DNA from: Cyanophora paradoxa CCMP329
Lineage: Eukaryota; Plantae; Glaucophyta
Length of the DNA stretch: 48,601 nt
Assembly: GCA_004431415.1 (NCBI GenBank)
Contig: QPMI01000149.1
Location: 1-48,601, forward strand
Direction of reading: 5' to 3'
Within the stretch, counting starts at the first letter, position 1, and each line of letters opens with the position of its first letter. The translations under genes and the position numbers were made by a program. This document shows, in pieces, positions 9,393-20,093 of this stretch. Below the pieces are notes generated by a model that made no database searches, had not been told where the DNA came from, and worked only from the letters and a program-made list of their open reading frames with translations.

Positions 9393-10820
9393 CGAAGGCC
9401 CTGGAGCGGGGGCCGGGCTGCTGTCGGGCTCGCGGCCCTGCTGCGCCTCGCGCGCGCCGCGTGAGGTGAGCGCGGGCAGCGGGGCGGGGCGGGCGGGGTG
9501 GGGGTACCGGATCGACCCGGGGTACCCCTGACGAAGGCCCTGGAGCGGGGGTCGGGCGGCTGTCGGGCTCGGGGCGCTGCTGCGCCTCGCGCGCGGCGCG
9601 TGAGGTGAGCGCGGGCAGCGGGCGGGGCGGGCGGGTGGGGGTACCGGATCGACCCGGGGTACCCCTGACGCGTACGAAGGCCCTGGAGCGGGGGCGGGCG
9701 GCCATCGGGCTTGCGGCCGGGCTCGCGGCCCTGCTGCGCCTCGCACGCGGCGCGTGAGCGCTGGCAGCGGGGCGGGGCGGGCGGGTGGCCCGGGGTACCC
9801 CTGACGAAGGCCCTGGAGCGGGGGCCGGGCTGCTGTCGGGCTCGGGGCGCTGCTGCGCCTCGCGCACGCCGCGTGAGATGAGCGCGGGCAGCGGGGGGGG
9901 GCGGGTGGGGTGGGGGTACCGGATCGACCCGGGGTACCCCTGACGAAGGCCCTGGAGCGGGGGCCGGGCGGCTGTCGGGCTCGCGGCCCTGCTGCGCCTC
10001 GCGCGCGCCGCGAGAGGTGAGCGCGGGCAGCGGGGCGGGGCGTGCGGGGCGGGGGTACCGGATCGACCCGGGGTACCCCTGACGAAGGCCCTGGAGCGGG
10101 GGTCGGGCGGCTGTCGGGCTCGCGGCCCTGCTGCGCCTCGCGCGCGGCGCGTGAGGTGAGCGCGGGCAGCGTGGCGGGGCGGGTGGGGTGGGGGTACCGG
10201 ATCGACCCGGGGTACCCCTGACGAAGGCCCTGGAGCGGGGGCCGGGCTGCTGTCGGGCTCGCGGCGCTGCTGCGCCTCGCGCGCGCCGCGAGAGGTGAGC
10301 GCGGGCAGCGGGGCGGGGCGGGCGGGCGGGGGTACCGGATCGACCCGGGGTACCCCTGACGAAGGCCCTGGAGCGGGGGCCGGGCGGCTGTCGGGCTCGG
10401 GGCGCTGCTGTGCCTCGCGCGCGCCGCGTGAGGTGAGCGCGGGCAGCGGGGCGGGACGGGACGGGGCGAAGGGCGGCGAAGGGCAGGGAGGCGAGCTGCC
10501 GGGCGCACCCGCAGCGTCGCGTCGGCCTCCTCCTGCGGCGGCAGCCCGTCCTCATCGCCGCCGCCCGCGCCGCCCTCGCCGCCAGCGGACGCCCGACTCT
10601 GCGGGGAGGACGCGGCCAGCGAGAGGGAGGCGGGAGGCGTCGGTTGAGGCCGGGCGGGACGGGGCGGGGCGGCCGCGGGGCGGGGCAGCGCGAGCTGCCG
10701 GGCGCACAGGAAACGTCGCGTCAGCTGCAGGCTCCTCGTGCGGCGGCGGCCCGTCGACGTCCTCAGCCGCTGAGCCTCCTCGTGCAGCGGCGGCGCGGCC
10801 TCTGCGATCTGCAGATCAGT
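9287..10820 (-). CDS. Putative multi-exon low-complexity repeat protein encoded by tandem exon-intron units (5' end unresolved)
   Basis: Phase-0 60-nt exons AQQ(G/R)(R/P)EPDS(S/R)P(A/T)PAPGPSSG are flanked by AG and GTACCC. Terminal exon reads AQQRPS* with the stop at 9287. Confidence 0.5.
9293..10460. repeat. Tandem repeat, about 139-bp unit, about 8.5 copies
   Basis: GTACCGGATCGACCCGGGGTACCCCTGACG recurs at about 9365, 9504, 9641, (9790, partial), 9916, 10055, 10194 and 10333. Confidence 0.95.
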
Positions 10821-11308
10821 AGCTGTCCACCCGCAGCCGGCGTGCCCGTCCGTGCGCATTTAGCTAGCCCAGGCTGCAGGAGCATGGCGTCACTGTTGGC
10901 GTTGCAACTAACAAGGTGGGTACATGCTGCGGCATTTGTGTACCAGCCAGCTTCGAACCTGCGTCTCGCGCACTGTCAGGTGACATACATCACGGCGCCG
11001 GCGGCGGGCGCTCAAACACGGCGGAGAGCACCGGGAGACCTGTACGTGTACCGTGCTGTAACCGATTGAACGGAAGCAGTAGGGAAACAGTGGCAGTGCG
11101 GGACCCGTCCGGTGCGTGCGTCTGCATATGCATGGGGCAGGCCTGGAAGCGAACTCAATCAGCCAGCGCGTCGCGATGAGATCATGATCAGCCCAAGACT
11201 CAAGCGCGCGTTAGCGCGCGTTGTAATTAACGCGCCTGACTCAACATGTACAGGTGTGGGGCTCTACGTGACAGTTCTGCGGGCACAGCGGCGATCTTAT
11301 ACGTAGCA

Positions 11309-13769
11309 ATGCAGCGCTATGGCGCGTGTCGCCATCCTGGCTGCTCCTGCGCGGGTCTGCAGCAGCAGCAACAGACGTCGACGGGCAGCCGGCCGAGACC
11401 GTGCGCACGCGACGGCTGCAAGCACATGCCGGCTTTCCACGAGGAGCTCGTTCGCTCTCTCGAGTTCTTTTTCGCTGGGACCTCCACAGCGCCCGACCGA
11501 GCATCCGCAGGGCGCGCAGGTGGCCTCGAGCTCGCGTGCGAGCGCGGTGCAGCGGATCCGGGGCCCCAGCGGAGAGTACGAGCTCGGCTGGCCCCTCGGT
11601 GCGTCCCGAGGGCCCTGCTGTCTTTCCGTCCGCGTCCCCGAATCTGAGTCGCAGCGCGAAGGTCTGGGTGGTTTTTCGGAGTGCGCTCAGCGGCTGCTCT
11701 CTCGAAGATGCATGCATGTGCTGCGCGGCCGCCCCTAGCCTCACGCCCTTGTCCTAAGGGTCTTCGACGGCGTGGAGACGCGCACGGGGGCGCGGGTGGC
11801 GGTCAAGCGCGTGAACCTGGCGCACCTGGACGCGCGGGACGAGTTGAACCTGCGCCGGGAGGTCGACAACATGAGGCGGCTCAGGCACGACTGCGTCGTC
11901 CGCCTCCTCGACGACTTCCGCGAGGCCGACGATTACTACATCGTCATGGAGCACGTCGACGGTGACCCGCACCCCTCCCCATCGAGATCGCATCCCCCGG
12001 CTGCTGATTTTGTACCCCCAGGAATGGAGCTGTACGAAAAGGTACGGTGCCCCGGAGGAACGGCCTGCGGGGCGGGGCGGGGAGGTGGGAGGGGGGGGAG
12101 GCGTGCTTGGAGGGAGGACCGCCGGCCGCGGTCGGCGCTGACGCAGCGGGGCCGCAGTGCTGCAGCCCGCGGCTCTGTCTCACCCTCGCGCTGGGCGGCG
12201 CGGAGGGCGGCTACAAGTCGGATTTCGCCGGCTGTCTCCGGCACGCCGTCGCCGCCGCCCTGCGCGTGCGCCGACCCCCGTCCCGCCCCGGCCCCACGGT
12301 CCTCCTGAGCCCGGCGGCGGCCGCCGGGCAGGTCAGCCCGCAGCGCGTCGACGTGCCCATCGCCCTGGGGGCCGCCCGCGACCGCGTCCAGGTTCAGGTG
12401 TACCCCCCGAATGACCTCACCGCGGACCCCGGAGCCGGCGTGCGTCCCCGGCTCCCGTCCCCCCCGCCGCCCGGCGCCGGCGCCCACGCCCGGGCCCCGC
12501 AGGGCGCCTGCAACGTCGACGACCGCGTCAAATACCTGGAGGCGGTGCGCAGCACCGGGCCCCGCCGGCCCCGCCCCGCGGGCCCCGTCGCCCCACCGCG
12601 CGCCAACACGCGACGCGCGCGCAGCTGCGGGCCGCCGCGCGGGCAGAGCTCGCCTCGAACCCCGCCCTCGAGGGGGCGCGCCTGGTCGCCGACGAGATCG
12701 GTGCGCCCGCCCGCCCGCCCGTGGGGCCCGGCGGGGGCCGACGGGCGGCGCACAGACCAGACGTACCGTCTGGAGGAGGAGGCGGCGCGGCAGAGCTTCG
12801 CCCAGGTCGTCCAGGGTGCGCTTCAGATTCCCAAGGCGCAGCTCGGGGCGGGGCGGGGCGGGGCGGGGCGGGGCGGGGCGGGGCCTCACCCCCGCCCCCG
12901 CAGCGGTGCGGTACATGCACGAGCAGGGCGTCGTGCACAGGCGAGCGGAGGGGGCGGGGCGGGGGGCGGGGGCGGGGGCGGGGCGCGACGCGGGGCGGGG
13001 GGGGCAGGGACCTGAAGCTGGACAACGTGATGACGGACCCCGAGGCCAGGGGCTCTGTCAAGCTCATCGGTACCCCCGCCCCCGCACCCGCCCGCCCTCC
13101 AGGGACCGACGCCGCGGCCGCGGCCGCCAGACTTCGGCTTCAGCCGCTCCGTGGAGAGCGCCCTCGCCAGCCACGTCGGCACCCGCCCGTGCGCCCCGCC
13201 CCGCCTCGCCGTCCGCCGCCGGCCCCGGGTCCCCTGACGCCCGTACCCCCAGCTACATGGCCCCCGAGGTCATGAGTGTCCCCCTGACCGGGTACGATGG
13301 CCGGGTCCGTGCCCCACCCCCCTCCCCCCTCCTCGCCCCCATCCCCCCGCCCCCCCTCGTCCTCCCCATGGCTGTACCCCCGCCGAGGGGACCGGGGCCC
13401 CGCAGGCGATCGACGTGTGGTCGCTGGGCGTCATCCTCTTCCTCATGCTCGCCGGCGGCTACCCCTTCGACTCGGCCGGCCACTCCATCGTGTACCCGTG
13501 CGCCTCCTGCGCCCCCCGCCCTCCCCCGGGCAGCCTCGGTGTGCGAGCGGGGGCGGGGCGGCAGGGAGGACATGCGGGAGATCTTCGCGGGGGCGGGGGC
13601 GGCGGTCCCCGCGGGGGCCCGGGACCTGCTGCTGGCGATCTTCCAGCGCGACCCCGCCCTCCGCATCACCGTCCCCGGCATCCTCGCCCACCCCTGGCTC
13701 CAGCCCGCCCTCCGCCACGGCTCCCCCGCCGGCCCTTCCGCCGGCCCCTCTGCGGAGCCCAGCTCCTAG
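11309..13769 (+). CDS. CAMK-group Ser/Thr protein kinase, multi-exon, with about 100-aa insert and Cys/His-rich N-terminus
   Basis: VAVKRV, REVDNMRRLRHDCVVRL, YIVMEHVDG, HR|DLKLDN, DFG, YMAPE, DVWSLGVILFLMLAGGYPF, DPALRIT..HPWL. Start codon uncertain. Confidence 0.9.
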
Positions 13770-14100
13770 GGGGTCGGAGACGCCCCCTCGGGGGCGCCGG
13801 CGGGGCCTTCGACGCACGCAGCTCTCTCAGATGTCAGCTCTCCGCGTAGGCTCATTGACGTTCGGCACTGGAATCGATATGTGCTTGATTTACGATTGCT
13901 TGAATTTTGATTGTTTTGTTTATATATGCTTGATTTCAATTAATGTCCGCTGTGTGCTTGGGGCCTGTGCGGGAAGGGAGGAGGCGGGGCTACGGCTGTG
14001 CCGACGGCACGTCGCCTCCTGGTGCCACGCTGCTGCTGATTGGACTGCGCTGTTGACTCGATTCGGATTCGAATTCGCATCTGCGGGGCCGTCCCCGCCC

Positions 14101-16986
14101 CTATATCGAGATGTACTCGCCGTTGCTCGCACGGGGCTGCGGAAAGATGGAGCGCTGCAGCACGTCGGACTTGGACTGGATGAAGTCCTGCGGGGCGGAA
14201 GGTGGGCCGGGGGGCCGTGGCGGAGCGGCGCGGGGGGCGAGCGGACCCGGACAGCGTCGGAGGTCGAGAGCGTCGCGGGGACGCGCGTGTTGAGCAGCTG
14301 CCCGTCGTGCTGCGCGCCCCGCTCGGCCCCCCAGCAGCGGGGCCCGGCAGCGCTGCGCGGCGCGTACCCGCTTGTAGGTGATGGTGACGGCCCCGGCGGC
14401 CTCGTCGGGCCACGCCTGCGAGGAGAGGCGCAGTACGAAGGCCCCGGGCTCCTGCCCCGCCATTCGCCCCTGCGCCGCCTGCGCGCCCCGCCACTCGGCC
14501 CGCCGCGCGCGGCCACGGCCGTGGGCGGCGGGGCGCGGGGCGGACGGCGAAGGTGAGGAAGGCATCGCCGAGGCGCCCCCGCCCGCTGCCCTCCCGGAAG
14601 AGCTCCTCCAGCTGCCGGCCCCGCTCGGCCTTGGCGGGCGGAGCGGGGTGCAGCCCGGGCGCACGTTGCTGTAGGTGCGGGCGGCGGGCAGCAGCCAGAA
14701 GCAAAAGTCGCGGACTTGGTCCGCCGTGTAGGTGCCCTGCTGCGGCTGCTTTGCTGCGGGCGGCCAGTCGATCCTGGCGCAGGGGAAGCGGCGGGCGGGG
14801 GGTACCGATCTCGAGGATCTCGCGGAACTGGTCGTCGCCGAGCGAGACGAAGTTGAAGAGGCGGCGGGCGAGGTCGAGGAGGGCGGGGCGGGTCCAGCAG
14901 GGGCGCCCGTCCGGGCCGGGGGCGGCGGGGGCGGCGAGGCAGGCGGCCCAGAGCTCGCAGACGTGCGGCAGCATCGCCACGACGCGCATCTCCCGCCACA
15001 GCCGCTCCGCGTCCGCCTCGTCCGGCACCCTGCGCACGTGCCCGCTCGCACGGGGCGGCTCGCGCGGGCGCGGGGCGGGGCGGGGCGGGGCGCGCCGGCT
15101 CTGCACTTCGGCGGCGAAGGCGGAGAGGAGCTCCGCGGCGCGCGCCGACCGCTCGTACCCCCTCACCAGCTGTGCCCCCCGCTCGCCAAAGGGCGGGCGG
15201 GGCGGGGCGGGGCGGGAGGCGGCGGACAGCGCAGAGGCGGGCGGCGAGACGGGCGTCGCGGTTCTGCGCGCTGCCGCCGGCGCGCTCGTGCAGGTACGCG
15301 TCGACGTGCGTCATGATGAGCGCGGCTGCAGGCGGCGGTGAGGGGCGAGTGCCGGGCGAGGGCGCGGAGGTCCGGCCCCGGGCGCACAGGCGGCCTGCGT
15401 GGCCTCGGCCTCGAGGCGGCGCAGGACCTCGAGGGCCTCCTCCGCCGTCGCCCGCTCGAAGCGGCTGCGGCTCCAGCAGCGCCCCAGCAGCTGCCGGCCC
15501 CGTCGGGCGGACCGGGGGGGACCCGGGCGGGCGGAGGGGCGGGCGGGCCTTGCGGAGGGCGTCGGGGCAGTCGGGGGGAGCGGGTGGGGGAGGGAGCCCT
15601 GCTGGCCGGCCTCCCCGAGGACGCGCCCCATGATCTGCCCCGCGCACGCGCTCAGAGCCCCGTGCCCGAAAAGGGGGGGGGGGGGAGGAGGGGGGGGAGG
15701 GGGGGGGGGGGCGCTGGACCTCGACGGAGCGGAGGTCGGCGTAGGGCCGCTGGCGCGTGAGGATCTCCCAGCAGACGGTCGCGAAGGAGTACACGTCGCT
15801 GCTCCGCGTCGCCTGCTGCCCGCCCATCACCTCCGGCGCTGCCCGCCGCCCGCCCCGCCGCGTTAGGTCCAGCCGGGGCGGGGCGGGGCGGGCGGGCCGG
15901 GGCGGGGCGCACCCATCCAGGGGAAGGAGCCGGCGCCGCCCTGCGCGGAGGGGCCGGCGGCCTCGTCCTGCGGCGCGAGCCCGGCCGTGCGCGTCGCCTG
16001 CGTGATCGCCGCGAGACCGAAGTCCGCCAGCTTGCACGTGAAGCGCTCCGGCCCGCCCGTCCTCTTCACCAGCACGTTCAGGCTCTGCGCGATGCGCCCC
16101 GCCCCGGTGAGCCCCCGGCGCGGGGGGGGGGGGGGGGGGGGGGGGGGGCGGGCGGGCCTTGAGGTCGCTGTGCACGACGGGGTTGTTGCTGATGCCGTGC
16201 AGGGCGCAGAGGCCCTCGCAGATCTGCGCCGGGCGCGGGGCGGCGTGAGGGCCGCGCCGGGTGATGCGGGGCGCGGGCGGGGGCGGGCCTCGCGCATGAG
16301 ACGGAGGCGGTCGGCCAGGCTCAGCTCGACATCGGGCCGTCTCAGCACCGCCGAGCAAAGGTCGCCATCCATCAGCTCCTGCGCCCCCGCGCTCGGCGCC
16401 CGGGCCGGGGCATGCGAGCGGGGCGGCGCTGCGGACCATGATGATGCGGAGGGGCGCCTGCTTCGTCTGTGCGCCCTTGACCTGCACCACGCGCGCATGC
16501 CGGATCGAGAACTGGATGAAGAACTGCGCGTCCGATCAGGGCGGGGGCGCGCGGCGCGGCGCGGGGCCGAGGCACGGCGCGCCTCGGAGCCGAATTCGGA
16601 GCTGTATTCGTTGAACTCCTTGATGGCCACGTCCTCGTGCATGTACGAGCCCTTGTAGACCACCCCGTACGCCCTGCGCCCCCGCGGCCCTTGGGCGGGA
16701 TGCGGCGGCGTGCGGCGTGTGGCTGGGCTCTCCGACGCACCCGCGCCCGAGCCGCTGACCGATCACGAGGCGAGAGGGGTCTGTGTCGACTCGCGTCGGC
16801 TGGGCGCTCCCGTGCGGGCCCGGGGGCGCGCATGCGCACCGATCTCGCAAAGGCCGGCGCCGCTCGTCGGATTCGGCGGCTGCACGGCGGCCGTGACAGT
16901 CAGACCTGTGCACGGAGTCAGCGCTGGAGACATCTCCTTGCAGGACGTGTACGTGTACCAGAATCGATGGGCATAGGGTCCGCCAT
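14101..16986 (-). CDS. TKL-group kinase with C-terminal STAT-type SH2 domain (Shk-like architecture), multi-exon
   Basis: LGRG, VYKG..VAIKEF, HSDLK|SLNVLV, LADFGLA, GSFPWM|APE, SDVYSF..WEILTRQRPY. SH2 signature QEPGAFVLRLSS..GAVTITYK. Confidence 0.85.
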
Positions 16987-17539
16987 GACGTGTTCGGACG
17001 ACCGCGAATGTGAGGACTCCTGGTGCGGTGCGGTCGCTAGAGCGCGTCCGGATCCTGTGTTCAAACGAGTTCGATGGCCTTGCCGATCTTCGGGCTCTGC
17101 TGCTGAAGCGCGCAGCTGTAGGTGTGGTCAGAGCGAGTTCGGTCACCGCTGGAGCGCACGCTGGCCGCTTCCGCTGCTAGAAGGAGGTTAGCTACAGTCT
17201 GCTCTTCGAATCCTGCCCCAGACGCGCGCACCGGAAGAGTCCCGCACTGCTAAGGCAGTTCGGTCACCGCCGGACTGCGCGCTGGCCGCTTCCGTGCAGC
17301 GCGATGCGATACGTCGGTACAGGTCTTCTGGTGCTTCCCGCTGCGTTTGAGCGCGATATCGATCCGAACGCGCTTTAGATTTCACCAGCGAGAGTCTTGA
17401 GACGCGGGTTCGGTGCCGGTCGGGGAGAGTTCAAGCTAAAGCTTCCCGACGTCCCGCTGTGGCGCAGCAGGGCAAGAGCCTACGGTAATCGATTCATAAA
17501 CAGCTATGGGCCTATCTGGAAGAGGAAGCGGGGCTAGGG

Positions 17540-19412
17540 CTATGCGGAGGGCGCGTCGGCTGCTGGTGCGGGCTGCGCGCGACGTGAGCGCCCGGACGGA
17601 ACGGCGGACGCGGTTCGGGCGGGCGGGCGGGCGGGCGGACCTCGGAGGCGATCTCGGAGACGAGGTCGGCGGTGATGCCGGCGGGGAGGCCCATCTCCTC
17701 CCGCAGCTTCTCCAGCTCCGACGCCTTCTCCGGGTTCACCGCGCTCTGCCGCCGCCTTGGTCGGCGAGGCGCACTCGAGAAGGAGGGAGGAGGCGGGCGC
17801 GGGGCGGGGCGGGGCGCACGCGGGACTCGTCGAGGCAGTCGAGGACGACCTCCTTGAGGACGGCGCGCCGCGTCGGCTCGTCGAAGTTGGACCAGCTCAT
17901 GATGTCCTCCATGTTCACACCCAGCGTGTCCGCCACCTGCGCCCAGCCCGGGGTCGGCGGCGTGGGAGGGGTGCGGCGCCCCGCCGGGGCCGCGGGCGGC
18001 GCACGTTCTTGAAGCTCTTGATCTCCTCGCTGGGGATGTCGTAAATCTGGGGGGGGGGGGGGGGGGGGGCGCCCGGTCAGTGCGGGGCGAAGCGTGGCGC
18101 GGCCCCCGCGCGGCCCCGGCGCGCCTGGGGGTACTTCATGAAGACCCAGGTGCGGGCGAGGTCGCGGTTCATCTCCTCCCGCTCGCCCTCGTCGAGGTTC
18201 CCGTCGAACGCGGACTGCGGCGGCGCCTCAGAAAGGAAGGAAAAGAAGGGAGGGAGGGAGGAGGGGGACCTGGAGGCGCTTCATGGCGTCGGCGACGCCG
18301 GCCATGTCCTCGTCCTGCAGCCCGAAGATCTCCTTCAGCTTGTCCTCCGACAGGTCCGCCGGGTTGCCCCCGCTCTGCAGCATCTTCAGCAGCTCCATAA
18401 TCTGCCCCGCGCGGGTCAGCGCTCGCGGCACGCGCGCGCGCAGTGGGCGGGCGGGAGGCAGGGACGGGACGCGGACCTTGCCGAAGTTCATGCCGTCGTC
18501 GCCGCCGCCGCTGCCGCCCTTCGCGGACTTGAAGCCCTCGAGGATGTTGTTCACCATGTTGCCCGGGTTCGCCGCGTTCCAGAACGGCTTCTTCTCCTCC
18601 TTCGGCGCCGCCGCCGGGGCCGCCGCCGCGGGTGCTGCCGGCGCCGGGGCTGCGGGCGCGGGTGCCGCGGGTACGGTCGATGCGGGGGTGGTGGGGGTGT
18701 CGAGGCCGAAGGAGCGGCGGGAGGCCATCTGCGACTGAAGGAACTGCTGCGTCTGGTTGAGGCGCTTCTGCTCGACCCGCTTCTTGACGGTCACGATCAG
18801 CCCGCCGACGACGAGCGAGGTGCCGAGCACGGCGACAATGGTGGGCGCGTTCTTCTTGAGCTGCTCGAGCTTCTTCTGGCGCCAGATCTCGCCCTTGGTC
18901 ACCTTCTTCGGGCCCTCCTCCTCGGCGGGCGCCTGCTGCTGCTGCTGCTGCTGTGCCTGATTCTGCGTCTCCTTGACCTCCTTCTCGTCCTTCTTGTCCT
19001 TCACGGGCGCGGCCTGGAAAGCCATCGCCGCGTCGCGGGCGTCCGCACTGGAGGCCACCGCGGCCTCGCTCGCTCCGCGCCGGCCGGCGGCGTGCGCGGG
19101 TGTGATGGAGCTAACGACGCCCGCAAGGACGGGGAGGATGGCGAGGCCCACGCGTGCCTGCCAGCTCGAGCGGTGGGGGCGCTCCTCGTCGTCGGACAAG
19201 CGCGCGCGGGTGATCTCGGCCGGGGCCGCGACGCTGAAAGAAGCAGCTAGCTGAGAGAATTCGAACTTCGCGCTGCAGCCGAAGAGCGCCTGCTTCCGGG
19301 CGACCGCGATCTGCGCTTCCCGATTCTTGTGCGAGCCCAGCGCGGGGCGGGACAGGATGCTCTGTGCCGCATCCGAACGAACGGGAGTGATCGCCGCTGC
19401 TGTGAACGCCAT
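17540..19412 (-). CDS. Plastid-targeted single-pass membrane protein of unknown function, multi-exon
   Basis: MAF-start Ser/Ala/Arg-rich transit peptide, hydrophobic signal ending PAHA, TM TIVAVLGTSLVVGGLIVTV followed by KKR, helical acidic C-terminal exons. Confidence 0.75.
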
Positions 19413-19503
19413 GTTTCGTCGCGAAGAGATTATTTCCCTCAGCGGCGCGAACGCAGTGTGAGCTGTACCCAATTTCGCGGCTAACTGCTAGTTCTTGGTA
19501 GCA

Positions 19504-19746
19504 ATGAGCCTAGCGGTGCAGATCGCCTGGGTGTTCGCCACAATTACGGTTCGCCCTTTTCGCGTCGCTGGGCTGCCCCGGCCATCGTCCGCGCACCCGT
19601 GCATAAGAGTGAGCGCGCACCCGCAGTTCATTGGCTCTGTCTTGTATTTCATCTTTGCGATGCGGCCGGAGTACCACGACAAGCACTTTAAGAGGAACCG
19701 CACGCTCCTACCCATGAAGTACCGGCCGAAGGTGAACAAGGACTGA
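19504..19746 (+). CDS. 54-aa single-TM microprotein (intron 19549-19626)
   Basis: MSLAVQIAWVFATIT|FIGSVLYFIFAMRPEYHDKHFKRNRTLLPMKYRPKVNKD*. Removing the GT..CAG intron gives one continuous TM helix. Confidence 0.6.
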   Translation: MSLAVQIAWVFATITVRPFRVAGLPRPSSAHPCIRVSAHPQFIGSVLYFIFAMRPEYHDKHFKRNRTLLPMKYRPKVNKD

Positions 19747-20093
19747 AGGCCTGGTCGCTGCGCGAGCGCTCCTCGACCTCGTCCCGCGGTGGCTTCATCG
19801 TCGCAGCACGCCGTCACTCCTCGCGGCTCCAGCGCGCCGCTCGCCGCTCGGCATTCGGAGTCTGGACGGACCCCACCACCCGAGACCGGCAGCCGCAACG
19901 GCCCGCGCCGCATACCGTGTACTTGTGATCTAATCGATTTCTCTCTCCATCTGAGCCCCGCGATACGCCGCCGCCCGGCCTTTGTGAAGCCCGCAGGGCC
20001 GCTTAAGCGAACCCGCCAGCTGAGCCCTAGAGCAGCGAGCGCCGCACGCCGCTCCCGTCCAATTCCAGTACGCATTTACAGGGCCGCTCGCTG

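Noticed and set aside
9293-10460. CRISPR array
   Set aside because: Units are near-identical along their full length with no unique spacers; eukaryotic context and no cas genes.
15672-18069. Long poly-G runs at about 15672, 16122 and 18048 as separate elements
   Set aside because: They fall inside predicted introns of minus-strand genes and match the general intron composition.
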